Source: an uncultured Alphaproteobacteria bacterium | Lineage (GTDB): Bacteria > Pseudomonadota > Alphaproteobacteria > Rhizobiales > Xanthobacteraceae | Direction: 5' to 3' | Length of the DNA stretch: 64,000 bases | NCBI GenBank assembly: GCA_963746715.1 | Contig: CAVVCW010000015.1 | Location: 852,429 to 916,428, forward strand | In this document: positions 57,033 through 64,000 of the stretch, piece by piece | How the letters are laid out: each line of letters opens with the position of its first letter | Numbering within the stretch: the first letter of the stretch is position 1 | The notes under the pieces: model-generated | The model's database searches: none | Told to the model about the DNA's origin: nothing | The model's input: the letters and a program-made list of their open reading frames with translations, nothing else | Program-made: the position numbers and the translations under genes

Positions 57033-58880
57033 TTATTCCGCCGCCTGCATGGCGGCGGCGTCGATGAAGCCGCCGGCCTGGCGCCGCCACAGCGCGGCGT
57101 AATGGCCGTTCAATGCGATCAGCTCGCGGTGGGTGCCCTGTTCGATGATGCGGCCGTGATCGAGCACGACGAGGCGATCCATCTGGGCGATGGTCGAGAG
57201 CCGGTGCGCGATGGCGATCGCGGTCTTGCCTTCCATCAGCGTGCCGAGCGAGGACTGGATCGCGGACTCGACTTCGCTGTCGAGCGCCGAAGTCGCTTCG
57301 TCGAACACCAGGATCGGCGCGTCTTTGAGGATCACCCGTGCGATGGCGATGCGCTGGCGCTGACCGCCGGATAGTTTGATGCCGCGCTCGCCGACATGGG
57401 CGTCATAGCCGCGGCGGCCCTGCCAGTCCTCGAGATCGGGAATGAATTCGTCGGCATGCGCCAGCTTGGCGGCGCGCTCGATCTCGGCGTCGGTTGCGTC
57501 GGGCCGACCGTAGCCGATATTGGCGCTGATCGAGCGGTGCAGGAGTGACGTGTCCTGCGTCACCATCGAAATCTGCGCTCGGAGCAACTCCTGGGTCAGA
57601 TGCGAGATGTCTTCGCCGTCGATGAAGATCGCGCCGCCCTCGAGATGGAAGAAGCGCAGCAACAGATTGACCGCGGTCGATTTGCCGGCGCCGGAGCGGC
57701 CGACCAGGCCGATCTTCTCGCCGGGCGCGATCGTCAGGTTGAAATCTTTGAGCACGCCGGTCTCGCGGCCATAGCCGAAGGTCACGTTCTTGAATTCGAT
57801 GCGGCCCGCCTTCACGGTGAGCGGCCGGGCATGCGCCGGGTCGGGCAGCTGCAGCGGCCGCGCAATGGTCAGCATGCCTTCCTGGACCACGCCGACATCT
57901 TCGAAAATTTCGGTGACGCGCATTGCGATCTGGCGCGACATATTCGTGAGCTGCAGACTGAGCGGCAGCACCATGGCGATGGCGCCGACCTCGATCTTGC
58001 CGAAGCGCCACAACAGCAGCGCCAGCGCCCCCGACCCGGCGATCAGCAGCGCATTGAGCATGTCGAGCGTCGCCCCGAACACTGTCAGCAGGCGCTGCGA
58101 GGCGGTGAACAGATCGACATGGCGGTCGACGGCGTCGCGCACATATTGATCCTCTTCACGGGCGCGCGCGAAGAGCTTTACGGTGAGGATATTGGTGTAG
58201 CTGTCGACGATGCGCCCGGTCAGTTCCGAACGCGCGATGGAGCTGATCTTCGAGCGCTCGCGCATCCGCGGCACGAGGAAATAAAGCAGCGCGGCATAGC
58301 CCGAGAACCACAACAGGATCGGCACAGCGAGCCAGCGCTCCGCCGAAGCCGTGAGTGCGATCGCGGACACGCCATAGATAATGATGTACCAGACCGCGCT
58401 GATCGTCGCGGTCAGCGTCGAGCGTACCGACGGCGCGGTCTGCATGACGCGATTGGAAATGCGGCCGGCGAAGTCGTCCTGGAAGAAGGCCCAGCTCTGC
58501 CGCACCACGTGCCAATGCGCTTGCCAGCGCACCAGGCCGGTGAACGGCGCCGCCAGCGCCTGGTTATTGATGAGGTAGCGCAGCAGCATCACGCCCGGCC
58601 GCACGACCAGGACGACGATGGCCATGCCGAGAAGCCACGGCCAGCCCTCGGCGAAGAATCGATCCGCCGGCATTTTGGTGACCATGGTGACGACGCGGCC
58701 CATGAACCACGGCACCGCGCTGTCGCTCAGCGCCATCAGCAATTCGATCACGAACAAGGCCGCAAACAGCCATTTCGCCTGCCGGGCAAAGTGCCACAGG
58801 AAGGCGATCAGGCCTGCCGGCGGTTCCGGATGTTCCGGCGTCGCGGTCGGCGTCAGGAATCGTTCGAATTTTGCGAACAT
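57033..58880 (-). CDS. ABC transporter permease/ATP-binding fusion protein (exporter type)
   Basis: Six-TM N-terminal domain plus an NBD (GRSGAGKST, LSGGQRQR, VFDEATSALD). Substrate unknown. Confidence 0.85.
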   Translation of the reverse strand: MFAKFERFLTPTATPEHPEPPAGLIAFLWHFARQAKWLFAALFVIELLMALSDSAVPWFMGRVVTMVTKMPADRFFAEGWPWLLGMAIVVLVVRPGVMLLRYLINNQALAAPFTGLVRWQAHWHVVRQSWAFFQDDFAGRISNRVMQTAPSVRSTLTATISAVWYIIIYGVSAIALTASAERWLAVPILLWFSGYAALLYFLVPRMRERSKISSIARSELTGRIVDSYTNILTVKLFARAREEDQYVRDAVDRHVDLFTASQRLLTVFGATLDMLNALLIAGSGALALLLWRFGKIEVGAIAMVLPLSLQLTNMSRQIAMRVTEIFEDVGVVQEGMLTIARPLQLPDPAHARPLTVKAGRIEFKNVTFGYGRETGVLKDFNLTIAPGEKIGLVGRSGAGKSTAVNLLLRFFHLEGGAIFIDGEDISHLTQELLRAQISMVTQDTSLLHRSISANIGYGRPDATDAEIERAAKLAHADEFIPDLEDWQGRRGYDAHVGERGIKLSGGQRQRIAIARVILKDAPILVFDEATSALDSEVESAIQSSLGTLMEGKTAIAIAHRLSTIAQMDRLVVLDHGRIIEQGTHRELIALNGHYAALWRRQAGGFIDAAAMQAAE

Positions 58881-59080
58881 TTGCGGATGGTTACAGCCCG
58901 CATATAGGCGGCGTCAATGAAGGCTCCAAGAGGGCCTGCTAAGGAAGCGGACAAGAGGGTCCGCATCGACGTCAGGACAGTGACTTCTGACCTATTAGCG
59001 CGCATGGCCTCATGTCATCGTTGCGGGGTAAAAAGAAGAAACGCCAAAAGGGCACATCGCGGAAACGATAAGAGGGGACC

Positions 59081-60070
59081 ATGAAACGTGGCAGTTTCAT
59101 CGGCGCGCTCATCGTCCTTCTGGCCGGCGCGGCTCTGGCGAGCGCCGGCGCGGCGCTGGCGCAGGATTATCCGTCGCGTCCGATCACCATGATGGTCGGT
59201 TTCCCGCCCGGCGGGCCGACCGACACGCTGGCGCGCATCGTCGCCGACGGCATGAAGACGGCGCTCGGCCAGCCGATCGTCATCGAGGATCTCACCGGCG
59301 CCGGCGGCACCATTGCCACCAATAATGTCGTCCATGCCAATCCGGACGGCTACACGATCGGCATTGGCAATTGGACGAGCCATGTCGGCGCACCGGCGCT
59401 CTATCCCCTGCAATACGACGTGCTGAAGGACTTGCAGCCGATCGCTTATCTTTCCGGCGCGCCGCTGTTCATTCTCGGCAAGAACGATTTGCCGCCGCGC
59501 AATGTCGCCGAACTGATTTCCTGGGTGAAGACGAAATCGACGCCGAGCGTTTTCGGCACCGTCGGCGCCGGCAGCGCCGCGCATATGTGCGGCGTATTCT
59601 TCCAGCAGAAGACCGGCGCGAAATTCCAGTATGTGCCCTATCGCGGCGCGGCGCCGGCGATGCAGGATCTGATGGCGGGCCAGATCGACCTCTCCTGTCT
59701 CGATGCGAGTTCGTCATTGCCGAATGTCCAGGCGGGGCGGTTCAAGGCCTATGCGGTCATGAACGAAAAACGCTGGGACAAGGCGCCGGACGTTCCGACC
59801 ATGATCGAATCCGGCTCGCCCGACCTGACGATCACGTTCTGGCACGGCTTGTGGGCGCCCAAAGGCACGCCGCGGCCGATCGTCGATCGGCTGAGCGCGG
59901 CGGCAAGAACCGCCTTGGCCGATCCCGCAGTGCGCAAGCGGCTTGATGTCCTCGGCCAGGTGGTCGCCACGCCTGAACAGGCGACGCCCGAAGGCTTGGC
60001 GGCGTTTCAGAAAGCCGAGATCGACAAATGGTGGCCGATCATCAAGGCGGCTGACATCAAGACGGAATAG
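59081..60070 (+). CDS. Bug family tripartite tricarboxylate transporter substrate-binding protein (TctC-like)
   Basis: Signal peptide, then YPSRPITMMVGFPPGGPTDTLARI ... DGYTIG. Confidence 0.85.
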   Translation: MKRGSFIGALIVLLAGAALASAGAALAQDYPSRPITMMVGFPPGGPTDTLARIVADGMKTALGQPIVIEDLTGAGGTIATNNVVHANPDGYTIGIGNWTSHVGAPALYPLQYDVLKDLQPIAYLSGAPLFILGKNDLPPRNVAELISWVKTKSTPSVFGTVGAGSAAHMCGVFFQQKTGAKFQYVPYRGAAPAMQDLMAGQIDLSCLDASSSLPNVQAGRFKAYAVMNEKRWDKAPDVPTMIESGSPDLTITFWHGLWAPKGTPRPIVDRLSAAARTALADPAVRKRLDVLGQVVATPEQATPEGLAAFQKAEIDKWWPIIKAADIKTE

Positions 60071-60117
60071 AGCACGATCTCGAAAGCGGAAACCCGCTTT
60101 CGGAAATGATCGTGCTC
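60070..60117. repeat. GATC-flanked palindromic repeat, copy 3 (diverged, near-perfect hairpin)
   Basis: GAGCACGATC-T-CGAAAGCGG-AAAC-CCGCTTTCG-GAAAT-GATCGTGCTC. Same architecture (GATC ... CGAAA ... TTTCGG ... GATC) and same context (a convergent gene junction) as copies 1 and 2. Confidence 0.6.
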
Positions 60118-60128
60118 AACTCATCTGA

Positions 60129-60323
60129 TCAAGAGCGATAGAGAATCTGCATCAGCGGCGCGTGCGCGCTCGCCATGCCGATCGACACCGCGGTCAAGGC
60201 GACCATCAGCGAGATCGCGAGCCCAAGGGTGGCGAACAGCTCGATGCCGGCGCGCCGCCGCTTGGCCAATGATTTTTCCAAAATGGGGGAAGCAAAGCCG
60301 ATCTTCCCCGAGAGCCCAGTCAT
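60129..60323 (-). CDS. Possible small membrane protein (64 aa)
   Basis: Internal ATG 60323 with a GAGGA SD 8 nt upstream. One TM helix (IELFATLGLAISLMVALTAVSIGMA). No homology recognised. Confidence 0.35.
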   Translation of the reverse strand: MTGLSGKIGFASPILEKSLAKRRRAGIELFATLGLAISLMVALTAVSIGMASAHAPLMQILYRS

Positions 60324-60552
60324 GTTCGTTATCCTCGTCGCGGTCCTCTTCGCCAGACACACGACGTAACGCATCGATTGGCGAATCAGTTTTTGCGTTG
60401 CTTACAGATTCGCGCAGGAAGCCGGCGCCGGCCCGACGGAACTGGGGCGAAGCCATTGAGGAATAGGGGCAAAATCGTGATTTTGGTTAATGCTTCGTTA
60501 ACGCCGAGCCGTCGCGGAGCAAATTAGTACCGCTGCGTCTTTGCTGTCACGC

Positions 60553-61185
60553 TTACGCCAGTGCGATCGCCGCTGCCGGACGAAATTCCATCGGCACATA
60601 GCCCGGCTCATTGGCGACACGATCGAGCCACGCGCGAATCGCCGGGAACGTCGTGAGATCGTAATCGCATTCATGCGCGACATGGGTATAGGCGTAGAGC
60701 GCGATGTCGGCGATGGTGTAGCGATCGGCGGCGAAGAAGTCGTGCAGCACGAGATGCCGCTCCATCACGCCGAGCGCACGATTGCCTTCTTCCATCCAGT
60801 CTTCGAGCGCGTGCTGCTGCAATTCGCGCCCGCCTTTGACCAGCGCCAGCCAGAAATAGGCCGCGCCGATATTCGGTTCGAGACTGTGCTGCTCGAAGAA
60901 CATCCATTGCAAAATTTCGGCGCGGTCGATGCGGTCTTCGGGCGCGAGCGGCGTGCCGCCGGCAAGGTACCAGAGGATGGCGTTGGATTCGGCGAGATAG
61001 CGGCCGGGCGCGACTTCAAGAAGCGGCACTTGGCCGTTCGGGTTCTTGGTAAGGAATTCAGGCGTGTGACTCTCGCCCTTGAGAATGTCGATCTCGACCA
61101 GCCGGTAATGCACGCCAAGCTGCGCCAAGGCGAGCCGTGCCTTGTAGCTATTGCCGGATCGCTGCATCGAATAGAGCGTCAGCAT
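60553..61185 (-). CDS. Glutathione S-transferase family protein
   Basis: MLTLYSMQRSGNSYKARLAL ... NPNGQVPLLE ... ESNAILWYLA is a GST N-terminal domain, followed by a helical C-terminal domain. Confidence 0.85.
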   Translation of the reverse strand: MLTLYSMQRSGNSYKARLALAQLGVHYRLVEIDILKGESHTPEFLTKNPNGQVPLLEVAPGRYLAESNAILWYLAGGTPLAPEDRIDRAEILQWMFFEQHSLEPNIGAAYFWLALVKGGRELQQHALEDWMEEGNRALGVMERHLVLHDFFAADRYTIADIALYAYTHVAHECDYDLTTFPAIRAWLDRVANEPGYVPMEFRPAAAIALA

Positions 61186-61188
61186 TGT

Positions 61189-61248
61189 CGCTTCCAAACT
61201 TGCCGCTTCCAAACTTGCCCCCGCCAAATTTGCGGTTGCCAAATTTTC
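61189..61248. repeat. Four tandem 15-bp units (CGCTTCCAAACTTGC x2 plus two variants) abutting the GST start codon
   Basis: Units at 61189, 61204, 61219 (CCCCGCCAAATTTGC) and 61234 (GGTTGCCAAATTTTC). On the coding (minus) strand each unit contains GGAAGCG or GGCGGGG. Confidence 0.85.
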
Positions 61249-61295
61249 TCGTGCGAGAGGGCGGCGTATCGCGCAACTGTTGCGGCCTTACGACG

Positions 61296-62645
61296 TCAAC
61301 GCGGCGATGTCGTGGCCGGATTTGTGGCCGTGTTACGCGCCGCGGTATTTTCAGCTGCAACTTGGTTGTCCGACGCCACCTCGCTCGGCACTGCGTTTAA
61401 TGTAGTGGACCTGTCCGAGAATGCTACTGAGAAGGAAAATCCGCTGCGCTGCAATATGAGAATAAAAATCGCCAGCATGGCCGGCACGCCGAGTGGAATT
61501 AGACTTATTTGAGCAATGCTGCGGGCGACGAGCGGCATCAGCCACAGGGCCGCAAGCAAGCTCTTCTCCCACGGTCCGAAGTTGCGGGCGAAACCATCTA
61601 CCGCGATGAAGGCGATGGCGGGCGCCAGTACCATCATGTCGTAATCGAAGCTGTAAGGCGTGGCGAGGATGGTCGCGAGACACAAAGCTGCGGCCTTGAG
61701 CTGATAAGGCGCGGCGCTGCGCCACAGCCAGACCAAAGCCGCGCCGATGCCGAGGATCACAGCGCCCTGCAGGGCATAAGCGAGCGGTATCGGCGCGCCC
61801 CACATGCGCGCCCAAGAGAATACGCTCTGGATTTTGTACCAGCCGGTATTGCCTTGTTCGAGCACGACAGTGCGCGTGAATTCGGTCGAGGCGAGAAAGG
61901 CGTGCCACACGCCGGCGCCGAACGTGAGCGTGGTGGCGAGCGTCAGCAGCGCGACTGTAATCGCGGCCGAAGCAAAACATTTCCAGCGGCCGCTGACCGC
62001 GAGCACGAGCGGAATCAGCAAACCGTATTGCGGCTTGTACACGAGGAGACCGAGCAGAAGGCCGGCTACGATCGGGCGGCGGTCGAGGACGACAAGCGCG
62101 CCGCCCAAAAGCGCCGCGGTGAGGAAGCCGTTCTGGCCATGGCCGATATTGATCAGCACCGCCGGGAAGGCGAGGGCGAGGAGGAGCCACATCGGGTCGC
62201 GGCTTATTGCTCCTCCCGGGGAAAATGCTTTCAAGATCGCGCCGATCGTCAGCACATAAAGCCCAAGCGTCACCGCCTGCCAGACCGCGAGCGCCAGGCC
62301 GTAAGGCATAAAGGCCAGAGCCGCGGCGACGAACAAAAACAACGGCGGGTAGTGCCAGCCGTAGAACTGCGTCGACTGGCCGAAGAGCGCCTGTTCTCGC
62401 GCGAATTGCTGCGGCGGATCGAACGGCGCCTGCGGATTGCCTGCCAACGCATAAGTGCCGGCGGCATAGACATTGGAGAAGTCGGTGCCGAGCGGCCGGC
62501 CCTGGCGGTCGATGACGCCATTTGCCGTGACGACCAAAAAAAGGAAGCCCGCGGCCGAGGCGATCAGAAGTGCCATGGCGACGAATCGGATGCGTTCGCG
62601 CGTGAGCCAGTCGCCGCTCCGCAAGCTTTCGCGCGCCCGGTCCAT
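61296..62645 (-). CDS. GT87/DUF2029 family polytopic glycosyltransferase (paralogue 2)
   Basis: Polytopic membrane protein with GTDFSNVY ... WHYPP ... DRRPIVAGLLLGLLVYKPQYGLLIPLVLAVSGRWKCF. Paralogous to 52569-53837. Confidence 0.7.
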   Translation of the reverse strand: MDRARESLRSGDWLTRERIRFVAMALLIASAAGFLFLVVTANGVIDRQGRPLGTDFSNVYAAGTYALAGNPQAPFDPPQQFAREQALFGQSTQFYGWHYPPLFLFVAAALAFMPYGLALAVWQAVTLGLYVLTIGAILKAFSPGGAISRDPMWLLLALAFPAVLINIGHGQNGFLTAALLGGALVVLDRRPIVAGLLLGLLVYKPQYGLLIPLVLAVSGRWKCFASAAITVALLTLATTLTFGAGVWHAFLASTEFTRTVVLEQGNTGWYKIQSVFSWARMWGAPIPLAYALQGAVILGIGAALVWLWRSAAPYQLKAAALCLATILATPYSFDYDMMVLAPAIAFIAVDGFARNFGPWEKSLLAALWLMPLVARSIAQISLIPLGVPAMLAIFILILQRSGFSFSVAFSDRSTTLNAVPSEVASDNQVAAENTAARNTATNPATTSPR

Positions 62646-62790
62646 TTAGGGTTCCTGATGGCCTAATCGGGGCATTAGGCCAGGGCCGTCTTAACGGACT
62701 GTTGCGGAAGAGGCGCGACGGCCGGAAATGCCGGATATGTGAGGGTGGAATGCGGGATTAAAGCTTGCCTGCGCAAGCTGCCGCCATTAG

Positions 62791-64000
<1,210 letters not shown>

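Overview
High-GC chromosomal segment. By gene content and repeat types it most resembles a Bradyrhizobiaceae/Nitrobacteraceae-type alphaproteobacterium. All family calls come from remembered signatures, because no search was possible. I call about 65 protein genes and one tRNA-Leu(CAG).

Backbone:
- hsp20 and a DUF1150 gene sit behind a ROSE-like RNA thermometer.
- The conserved lptC-lptA-lptB / rpoN-hpf-ptsN neighbourhood is split here by an opposite-strand ArnT-like GT-C plus GT2 pair.
- A large envelope-glycan neighbourhood holds GDP-heptose genes (hddA, an hddC-gmhB fusion, gmhA), rfbBA, ADP-heptose genes hldE/hldD, and uppP. An Rrf2-TauE-cysNC-cysD sulfur module is embedded in it.
- Also present: three L,D-transpeptidases, three GSTs, two Bug/TctC binding proteins, two GT87/DUF2029 paralogues, an MddA-like membrane methyltransferase, and uvrB.

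The clearest accessory element is a roughly 1.1 kb AT-richer islet (42.5-43.6 kb). It encodes a DpnI-like methyl-directed restriction endonuclease plus a co-oriented Cys-rich 90-aa protein. It is flanked by two genes that are frameshifted in this sequence (DUF3095 and uvrB).

Other points of interest:
- a roughly 174-aa Pro-rich N-terminal extension on LptB
- N- and C-terminal extensions on UvrB
- a family of GATC-flanked palindromic repeats at three convergent gene junctions
- several 15-16 bp tandem repeats abutting start codons

I could not establish a clearly novel multi-gene system. The DpnI-like cassette and the periplasmic glycosylation modules are the best candidates. No transposase, integrase, CRISPR array or rRNA was seen.
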